Shown in pieces: positions 1 through 13,035 of a stretch of DNA of 64,000 nucleotides. A program made the position numbers and the translations under genes. The DNA comes from Octopus vulgaris (Eukaryota). Location: the NCBI GenBank assembly GCA_951406725.2, contig OX597828.1:5580001-5644000 (forward strand), given 5' to 3'. Position 1 is the first letter of the stretch. Every line of letters begins with the position of its first letter. The notes under the pieces are model-generated. The model saw only the letters and a list, made by a program, of their open reading frames with translations. It made no database searches and was not told where the DNA came from.

Positions 1-834
1 CTGTTTGTCTTTTCTTCAAATGTAAATTCATTATCAGATCATGATATATATCTCCAAATCGATAACTACACTACACTTAGTAATAACAGATAAGCAACGG
101 ATAATGAGAGTGAATTTGTTACCAATGTATTCAGGATAATGTGCTGACTTGTTTAAATGCTAGAGTATATCAAAGAAAGTTTATTAAATGTTGATATAGC
201 CGTTTCACCAATCCCCATACATATATTTTTTTTTCGTCATTTCATTCATGTTGTTTTGTATGATATTGGTTTGGCATTTATTTTTCTTCCGTCTAGTGAC
301 TATGCATTGAAAAGCTTACTTGGTTGGTAAAAACAAAAAGTAAGAAAAGAAAAAAGATTCAATAATCCGATTATTGAAGCAGTTTGATTTCACTATGCAG
401 TCAAGTATCGACATCTGAATTATCCAGCTTTCTGTAACACTGACGCATTTACTGTCCTATATAATAGATATAAATATTTGTCAATTTATCTTCGTGCCAG
501 CAACAAGCTCTAGGCTACATATTCGTGGTCTGGAATAAAAATAGATTATAAATAAAAATATGTGGCTACTTATAACTTGTGCACCTATGCGTTTTACTAC
601 CTTAGCACTAGTGTGATAAATCAATATTACGGACAACACTCGTGTGATAAATCAATATTAAGGAAGACATATCACAAAAACTCTGAAACGGCTCAGAAAT
701 GGTTGAACATCACAACGTTCAATCTCGTCGTTCTGTTAGCCAAATCACTATATTTGAGCGTGTGTATGAACGTTATAAAATTTAAGTGGAACACATTTAC
801 GCTGTCGTCACAAAAACTGTTGCTGGATGACATA

Positions 835-837
<3 letters not shown>

Positions 838-871
<34 letters not shown>
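838..871. repeat. (TA)n microsatellite
   Basis: Pure TA run. Confidence 0.95.
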
Positions 872-874
<3 letters not shown>

Positions 875-1196
875 TACAGGATGAGAGGGGCAAGAAGGAT
901 ATACATGCATATATATGTCTATGTAAATAAGCACTCATAGGAGACAGATAACGAGATAGAGAGATAGATAGATAAACAGATAGATTGATAGATATACTGG
1001 ACTTTAGGAACCTCGATAATTGAGGGATCATCAGGACACAGCAGGCAGTATCTTCATTAGATATTCATATGGTACAATATGCACACATACTCATATTCAC
1101 ATATTTACATATAACTATGTAAACATTTAAATATATATGTATTCATATACATGAACTCTTGCAGGTATGTCGGTATGTATCTCTTGCTCTCTTGAA

Positions 1197-1203
<7 letters not shown>

Positions 1204-1286
<83 letters not shown>
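1204..1286. repeat. compound (TA)n(GATA)n microsatellite
   Basis: TA run followed directly by a GATA run. Confidence 0.95.
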
Positions 1287-1287
<1 letters not shown>

Positions 1288-3889
1288 GTAGATATAGATC
1301 TATCTATATGTACGTATACGTGTGTGTTTGTGTGCACATATGTACGTATATATTTGTATATTTGCGTGCATATATTAAATTTTAAATGATTGCCGATGAA
1401 GAGAAATAGGCGAACATATGTGGTACGCTAAATTGTTTTTGCGTTATGTTTGTGGAATTTAGAAGGCTGAAACCGAAGGAGATGATATTTTAGACCGTAT
1501 ATTAATTACACAATATGAAATTATACCGGCGTTCTCTTGTATCTCTAGTTGCAGGACTCTGACACCAATGAAAATATGAATATGGACTTAAATACCGATA
1601 TTCGTAACGATATATATCGTATACAAAATAGCTGTAGTTGATTAACAATTCGAGTAATGTACACTTTAAATTCTAACAAATAATATTTACATTGGTTCTG
1701 AATCGACAAAAATGCAATAATGAAAGCAAAGCGATTATTTTTGACTTCGATATATTTTAGTATGTACTGGTCCTAAACATGTAACAGCTTGTGTAACAAA
1801 ATGAGAATCAATAAAATTTGCGCATTTGTTGAGTAAAAATTTAATCTATCCAGTCGTGTTTTCACCTTCATATCGATTCCTGAATGAACTTGAATTCTCT
1901 GACTTCAGCAATGAAAATAATGGATGGCGCAGAATTAATTTTGCTCTATGAAATATTTTCCTTTTGCAATTCTGTATATTTCAAAGCATTTCCATTGAAT
2001 AAGGGACCACGATTATATGCGCTGAAAACTAAAATGCTAAGTTAAATATAGTACATATAGGATTGTAACAAAATTAAACAGCAATATATGAGATTAAAAA
2101 TATTTGTAGCAGTATCACACAACTATATCGAATTGTGTGGATTGGCTACTCGGTGTATACAGCTGACAATCTGTTATCGTTGCTATGTTGAAATAGCTTG
2201 ATCTTCATTCCTATCTGTAGAAACAACTTTTATTTCTCCTTTCAAAATTCTAGTCGTCCTCCATTTTTAAAGGGTAAAAAAAAAAAGAGATAAACAAATT
2301 ATTTCCCCAAAATTCTGAAAATAAACTTTTTCAGCATAATCTCAATGAATATTTGCTAGAAGTTTATTACATGGCTTGAGTTTATTACGAATTCGAAAGA
2401 CTGGTTCAACAAGCTAAATGCAAAAGCAATAACAGCATGTCTTTAACAGCCAGTAGTAGTAAGCAATGTATTATCGATATAAAAGAGGTAGCATCCTTGA
2501 GTTGAATAATAGAGGAAAACTAACGAACAATATGATTTGTCAATTTTAAGAAGCTATTAATAATGAAGGTGATGCGTCGGTATATATGTCTGTGGCAGAA
2601 GAAACTTCCTGGTAAACTACTAATGTCGAAAGTCACATGCTCTCAAAAGGTGATCACATTGCTGAAGGAATACAAACGAACCGTTCGTTGTTACTTAGCC
2701 TGAACATGTGAAGTGAGAGAGAATGATAAGGCAGAAGGAGAATGAATGCTTCAGGACGAAGCTAAACAATAGACGTAAAAGCTGAACAGCAAATTGTCCA
2801 AATTGTCCAGAAGTATTACAAGTGAAGTCTATACTGAACAACGTAGTTGCTAATATATACACAGATGAAAGTTTACATCACGGTTAATTTTACATTAGGA
2901 CAGGCAACATTTAACGGCATAAAATTGAATCCTTAACAAGGAGCACTGCCATACCAACACACACACATATATATATATGTAAGTGTGTGTGTGTGTGTGT
3001 GTGTATATATATCTGTGTGCGTGAGCGCACGGGCATGCTTCTGCGTGAGACATTCCACCAGTATACGAAGTTTCAAACCTTTCAGTTAAAAAAAATTAAT
3101 TAAAAAATCTGTGAAGCAAACTGAACAGATCCAATATGCAAGACTTTTCTCAAGTTGCAAATGTGAATTTGACTGCGTTAACTACATCCCAGAGATGGAG
3201 CTTGTATCCTTGTTGGAAAACGGCTCCCTCCTCAATGGAAACTTTATAATAATTAAAAAGTAGATGAGACACAAATGCAGGACTTCGGAATTTAGATCTT
3301 CTAGCTAGACTTGTTTCCCTTTTGCTTTTGTAGATTATGGCAAGTTGTTTTCTGAGAGGTGCGTGCAATGCAAATTTACAACTAGGTTTGATGCAAATCG
3401 ATTTGAAAAGTAGATTTATAGGGAGGGTGATAGAGTTGGGCAGGAGGAGATTATCTTTATAGAGTGGAGGTCCGTAGATGGCTATTGTTGGAATATTTTA
3501 CTTCGTTAGAAGTGGGATTTGATCTAATGTTTAGAGATCAATCATTCGTTGAGATATACAAGTGGGTTCAATGAAGGTGTGTAAGGTTGAGGTCATGAGA
3601 TTCCTTGTATAGAATGTTGAAGTGTATTTTGTTTCAGGCTTCACAAATAATGAACATTGTTCAAGTAGTTGTTAGCCCAGTGTACGCACAACCGCTGTTG
3701 GATTAGTCAGAAACCTTTAAAAAAACTAGGTTGCTTTAAGTATTTACTAGGTTAATCTAGTTTGTGTAGAGTTTGCTTATTTGTATTTATATTACATTAT
3801 TTTAAATACATGCATACACGTAACTGCAGGGCATCACTGCACGTCAAATACAAGTGTGATGCATTTTCTTTAGATCTAAAAGATGTATA

Positions 3890-4380
3890 CCGTAAATCCT
3901 CGAGTATAGTCCGCCCTTGAGTATAATACGCAAGGGATTTCTAGGGGGCTGTACCTCTGAAAAACCTAAACCTTTTGTTTAATACGCACCCCTTCTCTAA
4001 CATGAGTCAAGGAGGTCTATATAACGTCCTAGATTTGTAAATCTGTATATGGTAACGTCCTTTATTATTATTGTATATATAACATAATGCAAACGTGTAG
4101 CATTTTTGTGCATTTTGTTTGCAGAAAATAAAGAAATAAAAGTAATATCGTTTAAGAAATGTTGCTTACTGCATGTTATGGATGATTTTGTTTATGACTT
4201 CATTGCTTTCAGGTTTAGCTTAAGGTATTTCCGCGCCCTACATCACAAAATGCGTCGGAATAAAAGACTCGGACATTGTTTAGAAAATAATATTCATTTT
4301 AAACCTCGTATATAGTACACACTAGGGATTTGGACCTTTAAATTTTGGGGAAACATGCGTATTATACACGATGATTTAGG
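3890..4380. mobile_element. non-autonomous pogo/Tc2-like MITE (~490 bp)
   Basis: Left end TA|CCGTAAATCCTCGAGTATAGTCCGC. Right end reverse-complements to TA|CC-TAAATCATCGTGTATAATACGC. TA flanks both sides, a subterminal repeat of the TIR core is present, and there is no transposase ORF. Confidence 0.75.
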
Positions 4381-4622
4381 TATGTATAAACAATATGTGA
4401 TAACGAAATATAGTAATAGCTATGGATATAGACACAAATTAACGCATGCAGACATATGCAAGTATGCCCATGTATAAGAAGCTAAATACTCACAGCTACG
4501 CTTCACGCGTATCCTCAAAGCTCTTGCGCGCGCGCACACACACACATGTATATATATATGCATATATATATATACATGTCTCTAACCACTTATGTTCGAA
4601 TTTGTTCATGTGCATATATCTC

Positions 4623-4864
4623 TCTCTTTTACTCTTTTACGTGTTTCAGTCATTTGACTCTGGCCATGTTGGAACACCGCATTTGACCAAGCAAACCGAC
4701 CCCAGGACTTATTCGTTGTAAGTCTAGTACTCATTCTATCGGTCTCTTTACCAAACCGGTAGGTTACGGGGAGGTAAACACACCAGCATCGTTTGTCAAG
4801 TGATGTTGGGCAGACAAACACCGACACACATACATATGCACACATACATACATACATACATACA

Positions 4865-4910
<46 letters not shown>

Positions 4911-4911
4911 C

Positions 4912-4944
<33 letters not shown>

Positions 4945-5125
4945 CATATATATACATATATACGGCGGGCTTCTTTCAGTTTCCGTCTACCGAATCCACT
5001 CACAAGACTTTGGTCGGCCCGAGACTATATTAGAAGACACCTGCTCAAGTTGCCACGCAGTGGGACAGAACCCGGAACCATGTGGTTGGTAAGCAAGCTA
5101 CTTACCACACAGCCACTCCAACGCC
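4623..5125 (-). mobile_element. tRNA-derived SINE, family A (CORE-like; possibly octopus OR2-type) with internal microsatellite
   Basis: Minus-strand head GGAGTGGCTGTGTGGTAAG (A box) ... GGTTCTGTCCC (B box), internal (TA)/(TATG)n and tail (AAAAGAGT)n. Homologous to copies at 28099, 39750 and 57645. Confidence 0.85.
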
Positions 5126-5383
5126 TATATAAGTATCATAGCACCCTTACGCATACCCGTGCAAGTATATCATCTATACACATAAAATCCCTGTCTTTCC
5201 ATCCTGCTCTCAGTCATGTCATATATTAGTATATATTATTATCTCTGTACACGTATACATTCATATACTGATCCACACACTTGCATATACATACACGCCC
5301 ACACTTGCTCCTGCTAACACTTGTGTATGTGTGCGTTTATATATTCGTATGCATGCCTGTATGTATGTATTTATGTAGGTAAA

Positions 5384-5576
5384 GTTAATCCAAACATGAA
5401 AGCACAAAAAAACACAATGCGAGGACGTGGAACAAATATAGTATTACTCGACGCTCAGGAAAGAAGGAGGGTTTAACATTTCGAGTGGAGCTCTTCGTCA
5501 GAAACACAGGAGAAGGAAAGATCCAGAGAATGGAAGACAGAGGAAAAAAATCGCCAACGGTACACACGCGGTCACA
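5384..5576 (-). mobile_element. short Penelope-like terminal fragment carrying a minimal hammerhead ribozyme
   Basis: ~190 bp non-microsatellite block between TG/TA-rich tracts. It contains CTGACGA...GAAA on the minus strand. Confidence 0.55.
5471..5505 (-). ncRNA. minimal type I hammerhead ribozyme motif
   Basis: Minus strand reads GTTT-CTGACGA-A-GAG(CTCCA)CTC-GAAA-TGTT-AAAC: catalytic core, short stem II, stem I from GTTT/AAAC-type pairing, and a vestigial near-palindromic stem III. Confidence 0.7.
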
Positions 5577-5611
5577 TGTGTATATGCATCAATGCATCTA
5601 CGTATATATTC

Positions 5612-5802
5612 TCTTATTCTTTTATTTGTTTCAGTCATTTGACTGCGGCCATAATGGAGCACCGCCTTTATTCAAACTTTGCTTTTTATTTTTCTTGCTA
5701 TTATTTTTATATTTAGCAATATTTTTTATTTTTTATTAATCTTATTTATTTTATTTTATCTAGTTTCAGCTCACGAGCTGTGGCCATGCTGGGGCACCGC
5801 CA
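5612..5802 (-). mobile_element. family A SINE 3' fragments
   Basis: TGTTTCAGTCATTTGACTGCGGCCATAATGGAGCACCGCC and TGGCCATGCTGGGGCACCGCC match the family A tail. Confidence 0.6.
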
Positions 5803-5890
5803 TTCCCAATGTTTGGGAAATTAAACATTTATTGGAAATTTTGTTTTTGTATACTTCATCCTTCGCCACCTACAGCTCCATCGGCGGCGT

Positions 5891-5892
5891 CG

Positions 5893-5927
<35 letters not shown>

Positions 5928-6041
5928 ACGATCAATACGAGGATTCATAATGATCACTTATGTCACTAGAATCATTACACTCATTAATATGTCATTGACA
6001 GCAGCAGCATAGGGAACGTACCATCGTCATCATCCACATCA

Positions 6042-6086
<45 letters not shown>
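5891..6086. repeat. (ATC)n microsatellites
   Basis: Two CAT/ATC runs. Confidence 0.9.
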
Positions 6087-6087
<1 letters not shown>

Positions 6088-6750
6088 ATATGATAAAATA
6101 ATCGTCATTACACTTATTTTTGCAATCATTAGTATTGTTATCATCTTGTTACCTGCCAGCCGTAATTTCTTGTTTTTTTTCTTCCCCTCAATTCCATACA
6201 CAAAGTGACAGAAAAAATCTAATCTCTATACTATATTTTTCTTTATGTTTATTCCGAAAGCTATTTCTTTGTTTGTCTATTTTGCGTGTAATTAGCTTTC
6301 CTTATTGTAAATGTTTTTTCTTCTGTTATTCAGTTTTGTTTTTCGTCTTTCTACTTTTTCTTATTATCATTCCTGGTTTCATCTAGTTTTAACTTAACCT
6401 TGCCTTTCAGACTTGCGTACGCCTCTTCCTTCAAAAACTTCATTTCCTCCTTGCTGATATATAATATATACTCTCTCGTTAGATATACTGGTTTGTATTT
6501 TAGTCTGCGATTTCAATTTACGATTCTGTCATCAGTCAATTACATCCTGACAAAAATGCTAGAATTTTTTTTTTAGTATTTGTATAATATTATTTATTTA
6601 TTTTTCTTATTTATTGTAAGATAATTTATTTTAGTATTATCATTGTTGATAGTTGAAGTTTTTCTTTTTCTTGCTAAATCTAGTTCGTATGTTTCTGTCT
6701 ATTTTTTATATTCATTTCTTTCATTCTTTTTCTAACTTTTATTATCCTTG

Positions 6751-6787
<37 letters not shown>

Positions 6788-7148
6788 TACCGCCGTAATT
6801 TTTTTTTAGTTATTCTTAATTAACAGATAATCATCTCAAAGGTTGCCATTGTATACAGTTCATTATACTTGATGCAATGTGTGGTTGATAAGTATTTTTA
6901 AATGAATTATCGTGACGAGAGAAAAAAATAACTGTAAAATTTCTTCCCAAACCAAACATTCGGAGGGAAGAAACAGTCGTTTACACAGAATCCGGAGCAC
7001 GTGGAGTACTTATCTTCACACCTCCAGTATGGTGACAAACATAATCATTTTGGGTGGGGTTCCGACAGAAAAATTTGAAAGTCGTTGAAAGCAGAAACTC
7101 AGAGATAGAACGCATTTTATTCCCCACAATTTTGCCAGTTAACTGCTA

Positions 7149-7150
<2 letters not shown>

Positions 7151-7204
<54 letters not shown>

Positions 7205-7217
7205 TAATAATAATAAT

Positions 7218-7267
<50 letters not shown>

Positions 7268-7280
7268 CAACAACAACAAC

Positions 7281-7372
<92 letters not shown>

Positions 7373-7378
7373 TAATAA
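7151..7378. repeat. (AAT)n microsatellite, ~230 bp, with short AAC interruption
   Basis: Direct inspection; this produces the poly-Leu ORF artefact. Confidence 0.97.
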
Positions 7379-7598
7379 AAGTTCAGCCAACACAAACCTC
7401 GCCTCGGCTCTTTAGTTGTTAACCAAATATGAAAGTATTATTTGACAGGCAAGAATTCTGGCGTTGAAGACAGCCAGCCAGCCAGCCAACCACCCAGCCA
7501 GTCAACGAGACAGACAGACACTACTGTGATGGTGATAATGATAAAAACAAAAATAACAATAATAAGATACTGCTGTGACTACACATAAAACAATATCA

Positions 7599-7704
7599 TT
7601 GATGATGATGATGATGATGGTGATGGTGATGATGATAATGATGATAGTAATAGTGGTGATAATGATAATAGTGATAATAATGGTGATGATAATAACAATA
7701 ATAA
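7599..7704. repeat. degenerate (GAT/AAT)n tract ending in AATAACAATAATAA
   Basis: Immediately precedes R4/Dong copy 1. Confidence 0.9.
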
Positions 7705-10700
7705 GCCGACTACGGCTGCTATAATGGTACGATTATATTTGTAACGGCAATGATGGCCGTCTCCCCACGAGTCAATCAAAGCTCAAAAATGATAACATTA
7801 CCGTAGCACCAAAATGTAATTGGAAACTAAAAGGAAAACTAAATCAGTATACCAAATCGCTTGTCCTATGGTTAATCTGGAAGCGCGTCCCCCAGGGAAG
7901 AGCCAGCCTGGGATCGAAAAATCATCAACTGGCACAAACTCTTCTCCGAATACGGACATGGATGGTCACTTGAACGGGAAATTCCCCAACTCGAGCCCTC
8001 CAAGTTCACCACCATAACCACCACAGAAAGAAAAATGTAAGCGGAACAAGTGGACCCGAGAAGAGTATAAAGAAGTAATATACGCTTATTTCTATGCATT
8101 AAGTAGGCCATGTCAAGAGAGACACACCGCAAACTGTTACAGTATATGGAGAACACGGAATTAAGATAGTAGGCCCTATTTGGACGAGAACAAATTGGCA
8201 AATGTGAGGAGGGATATCCTTAGAAATAACAGACAGTGAAATAAGCGCGATCAAGCACGCAACGGAAAATGACATAAATATAAGACACAAAGGAAATGAA
8301 GAATCAGATGAACAGTATAGCCCGCCACGAGGCATAATTGAAAGACTGCCATCTGACCAAAGTACGCAAAGGCCTGAAGATACAAGAAATTCTATTGTAC
8401 CTGTTAAAGATAGCCAGGAAAACGAAAAAACAACAGTAACTGAAGATCTCGCATTTGCTGAAGAACACAGAAAGTCTATGGCAGAAATGAGGCAGAAAAT
8501 CCTGAATACGCTTGAAGTTGTAAGACATACAAGTATGAATGATAGAGAACCACTTCATAAACTCTCAAATACAAACCAAAATAAAAAACAAATCCAAATT
8601 GGCAACTATGTAACAAATGAAATAATACAAGAATTAAAACCTGATTTTACTGAGTTAAATGAAATTATTTACGCTTCTGCTAGGGCAATTGAAACCAGCT
8701 GTATGCCCCCGAAAAAACAAAGAAACCCAAACCTGGGAAGAAATCAAACTTGGAGAAATAAAATTGAAAAAGAGATTTAATTTATGAGAGGGGAAATATC
8801 AATATTAAATGAACTAATATGTGGAAATGATGTAAGATCCAGAACAGGAAGAAAGATGAAGAGAAAATTTGGATCCTCACGAAGAGAAGGACTGATATCA
8901 ATAAAAGAAACGCAGAAACAAAAAGTCCAAGTAAAAGCTCAAAGAATACGAAGATTTGAGAAGAGAAACAAGTTTTACAAGCAAAATAAGCTGTTCACAT
9001 CCAATACCAAAACATTCTACAGAGAAATAGGCTAGGAGAAAGTAACCGTTAAAGACCCCCCTCCCATGGAAGAAGTTCAACACTTTTGGAAAAGGATTTG
9101 GAGTGACAAGAAGACGTACAACATAAATGCAGACTGGATTATACAAACAGAAGGATCCTACCAAAATTTACAACAAGCATGGGAAGACATCACAATAGCA
9201 GACCTAAGAAAGGCACTCACGAAGGCCCATAATTGGAAATCCCCCGGTAAAGGGTGCCGAATTTCTGGCTCGTATCGCTCCCATGCGCACACGGTAAGCT
9301 AGTTCAGCTGCTCAATGGAATTATGAGAGACCCAAAGAAAACACCTGAATGGTTAGCAAGTGGTATTACTTACCTACTCCCAAAGAATAACGAAACCAAC
9401 CTTCCAAAAACTATCGGCCTATAACCTGTCTATTCACCACGTATAAAATCCTAACATCTATCCTGACGGAGAAAACATATGCATTCATGGAGAAGAACGA
9501 TATTTTCCCCAATGAACAAAAATGGTGCCGCCGAGGCTCATACGGATGCAAAGATCAACTGCTAATTAATCGTATGATCCTTGAGAACTGTCACAACAAG
9601 CGCAGAAATCTCAGCTCCGTATGGATTGACTATAAAAAGGCCTTCGACAGTATACCGCATCCATGGATCTTGAGATCGTCGGACATCTTCAAAATTTACC
9701 CTGTGATTTCAAGCTTTCTGAAGCACAATATGTCGTTGTGGAATACGAATCTCCAATTATACCACTCTCATGGAGTACTTGCCTCAGAAAATATAAACAT
9801 CAACTGTGGAATTTTTCAAGGTGACTCACTTTCACTTGTAATATTCTGCATAGTCCTAATACCCCTTACAAGTGAATTAACCAGAACAGGGTATGGGTAT
9901 AAAATTGCCAATAAAAAAAATAAGCTATCTATTTTATATGGATGACTTAAAACTTTATGGTAAAGACGATAATGAACTTGAAGGCCTATTGCGCACTGTG
10001 AAAGCATTCAGCGATGACATCGGGATGGAGTTTGTGCTTGAGAAGTGTACCAAGACCACTTTCCAGAAAGGGAAAGTAAAGACCACAAATTCAGTCGTGT
10101 TAGATGTTGACACAGTCATAAGCAAGAACAAACATACAAATATTTAGGGATAAATGAAGGCTCTGGTATTCAGCATGCAAGCATGAAAGAGAAGATCAGG
10201 AAGGAATGTTATAGGAGAGTTCGTGCAGTCCCGAAATCTGAACTAAATGAACGTAACAAGGTGATAGCTATAAATTCCTTAGCAGTTCCAGTTGTTACTT
10301 ATAGCTACAATGTGTTGAACTGGAATATGAGTGAAGTAAAGAATATAGATAGGAAAATACGCAAGCTGCTGAGTTGTAATAGGATGCATACCCAAAGGCA
10401 GACGTAGATCGCCTTTACCTTCCCAGAGCCCAAGGAGGTCGAGGCCTGATCCAATTTGAACTAGCTTACATAACAACCACAACTGGACTGGCCAAATATC
10501 TCGAAATAACGAATGACTGGATGCTAAATCTCGTGGAAAATCACGAGAGACGAAAGAAGATTCATTCCATCATAAAGGAAAGCAAACAATTTGCTATTGA
10601 TCTCGTGCAGGATACCCAAACTGAACGACCCAAGGGAAGTAAGGCAACTATTGTTGCAAAGAAGGTGAAAATAATGGCAACGAAAAAAGCGCACGAGCAA

Positions 10701-11619
10701 TTGGCTGATAGGTGGGAGGAGAAACCTCTGCATGGCAAATATGTGACCCGTAGCAAACAAGCTGATGTTGACCAGAAGCAAACCCATCAGTGGCTACGGA
10801 GCTCAGGGCTTAAAGCAGGGAGCGAAGGTTTCATCCTGGCTGCTCAAGATCAAAGCCTATTAACCCGGAACTACCAGGCCAATGTGATGAAAAATGGAGC
10901 AGACCCAAAATGCCGATTCTGCAACGCCATGATTGAAACAGTGGACCACCTAATCTCTGGATGTGGAGTATAAATTATGACATGACAGAGTTGGCCATAT
11001 CTACACTGGCTAATAAGTCGGAATTATAATATCAAAACTGCCGACAAGTGGTATAATCACCACCCTGAAGTTGTAACTGAATGATTAAATGTAACGATTT
11101 TGTGGGACTTTCCAGTACATACAGACCGAACCATCAAAGCCAATAAACCAGATATTGTTGTGAAAGACCAAAACAATAAAGTTTGCTTATTGATCGACAT
11201 GAGCATCCCCTGTGATCATAATATCTCGGCGAAAGAGCTTGACAAGCTCAGAAAATATAAAGACCTGCTCATTGAAATTGAGAAAATGTGGCATCTCAAG
11301 GCGGTTACAATACCAGTGATCACAGGAGCACTAGGAATGATCAAGAAGGGAACCGAAAATTATATGAGAATGATCCCTGGCTTACCATCCCTGCAAGAAG
11401 TGCAAAAAATTGTCTTAACTGGTACATCACACGTATTGAGAAGAGCATTGTCGATGTGAGAACTGTTGCTGCTCATGTATTTTAATTTAACTTTAAAAAA
11501 TGAACGAACTACTGAGTTTGGTTTAATGGCCTACCAATGTATACTATGAGTTTCTTTGCCCTAGGAGTCGGGAAGACACTCGGCAAGAAATGGAAGCAAA
11601 TTTGAAAGAAGAAAAAATT

Positions 11620-11620
<1 letters not shown>
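7705..11620 (+). mobile_element. R4/Dong-clade RLE non-LTR retrotransposon, copy 1, apparently full length (~3.9 kb), inactivated
   Basis: Collinear ORF fragments: N-terminal KWTREEYKEV...RPYLDENKLANVRRDI; RT motifs NWKSPG, DYKKAFDSIPHPW, GIFQGDSLS, LFYMDDLKLY, YKYLG; then GRGL, WLRSSGLKAGSEGFILAAQDQ; zinc knuckle CRFC..ETVDHLISGC; RLE NKPDIVVKD..LLIDMSIP..KYKDL. Flanked by AAT tracts. Confidence 0.92.
7868..11459 (+). pseudogene. disrupted single ORF (RT + CCHC + restriction-like endonuclease) of R4/Dong copy 1
   Basis: Track ORFs 7820, 8478, 8784, 9066, 9487, 9893, 10183, 10521 and 11100 join across stops and frameshifts. Confidence 0.9.
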
Positions 11621-11677
<57 letters not shown>

Positions 11678-11686
11678 TTAATAATG

Positions 11687-11742
<56 letters not shown>

Positions 11743-13035
11743 TTATATATGGATGACCTAAAACTATACGCTGCAAATGACAAACAGCTGGAAACACTAT
11801 TAAAGACAGTTCATGGATTTACCAAAGAAATAGATATGAAATTTGGATTAGAAAAATGCGCCAAAGTAACCATGAAAAGAGGAAAACTAGTTAAGAGTAA
11901 CAACATCACACTAGATAAAACCAATGAAATAAAAGAATTAGACCAAAGCCAAACTTACAAATACTTAGGAATCCATGAACTAGATAAGACACAACACACA
12001 CAAATGAAAGAGAAAATAAAAAAAGAATATTATAGACGAGTTAGATCAATACTAAACACAGAGCTCAATGCTAAAAACAAGATAATAGGTATCAACACTT
12101 TAGCTGTCCCAGTTATAAGTTACAGCTACAATATCCTTAACTGGACACGAAATGAACTGACCAAAATAGATAGGAAAACAAGAAAAATAATGACAGGATC
12201 TAGGATGCATCACCCAAAATCTGACATAGAAAGACTATATATACAACGTATGGAAGGTGGTAGAGGCCTTATACAACTGGAAAACTACTATAAAATAACC
12301 ACCATAGGACTGCAAAAATATCTACTTCAGAAGGAAGGAAAACTGATCCAGATAGCGGCAAAACACGAGCAAAACAAAAAACTGTTCTCAGTATTTAAGG
12401 AAGCTGACAAATACAAACAAGAAATCATACCACCTAATAAACATGAAGAAGAAGAAGAAGATGAAGAAACAACAAAAGCTATAAAACAAATGAAATCCAA
12501 ACTAAAAACAGAACAGCAACGAACCATGATAAAACGATGGCAAGAAAAGCCCCTTCATGGTAAATACTGCACTAAACTAAACGCAAAAGAAATAGACAAA
12601 GAAAAATCCCAGCAATGGTTGAGAAGCTCAGGACTCAAAGCAGAAACAGAGGGATTTTTAATTGCAGCACAAGACCAAAGCCTCCCCACCAGAAATTACC
12701 AAAAACATGTAATGAAAAGAAATATTACAAGTAACTGCAGAATATGTGGAGATGGACAAGAAACAATAAATCATATTATCTCTAGCTGCCCAGTCCTGGC
12801 TAAGAAGGAATATATTCACAGACATGACAGAGTTGGAACCTACATACATTGGAAGCTATGCCAACATTATGGAATAACAACAGAAAAAAGATGGTATAGG
12901 CACACACCAGAAAAGGTCACAGAAAACGAGAAAGCAACCATACTCTGGGATATGCCGATACACACAGATAGAGAAATTAAGGCCAACAGACCAGATATAG
13001 TTGTCAGAGATCATGAAGAAAAAAATGCTTTTTAA
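11590..13035 (+). pseudogene. chimeric 481-aa ORF: copy 1 3'-UTR ATG + poly-Asn from (AAT)n + C-terminal half of copy 2 RT/CCHC/partial RLE
   Basis: From the ORF track. RT motifs upstream of YMDD are absent, so it cannot be a complete RT. Confidence 0.7.
11621..11742. repeat. (AAT)n microsatellite between R4/Dong copies 1 and 2
   Basis: About 40 AAT units. Confidence 0.97.

Noticed and set aside
562-1337. ORFs of 64-122 aa with YIYI/LSIY runs
   Set aside because: Translations of stop-free microsatellites; no domain content.
3050-3750. Possible Penelope/GIY-YIG relic on the minus strand
   Set aside because: No convincing motif could be recovered by manual translation.
7139-7393. Poly-Leu ORF resembling a signal or transmembrane peptide
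   Set aside because: Antisense reading of (AAT)n.
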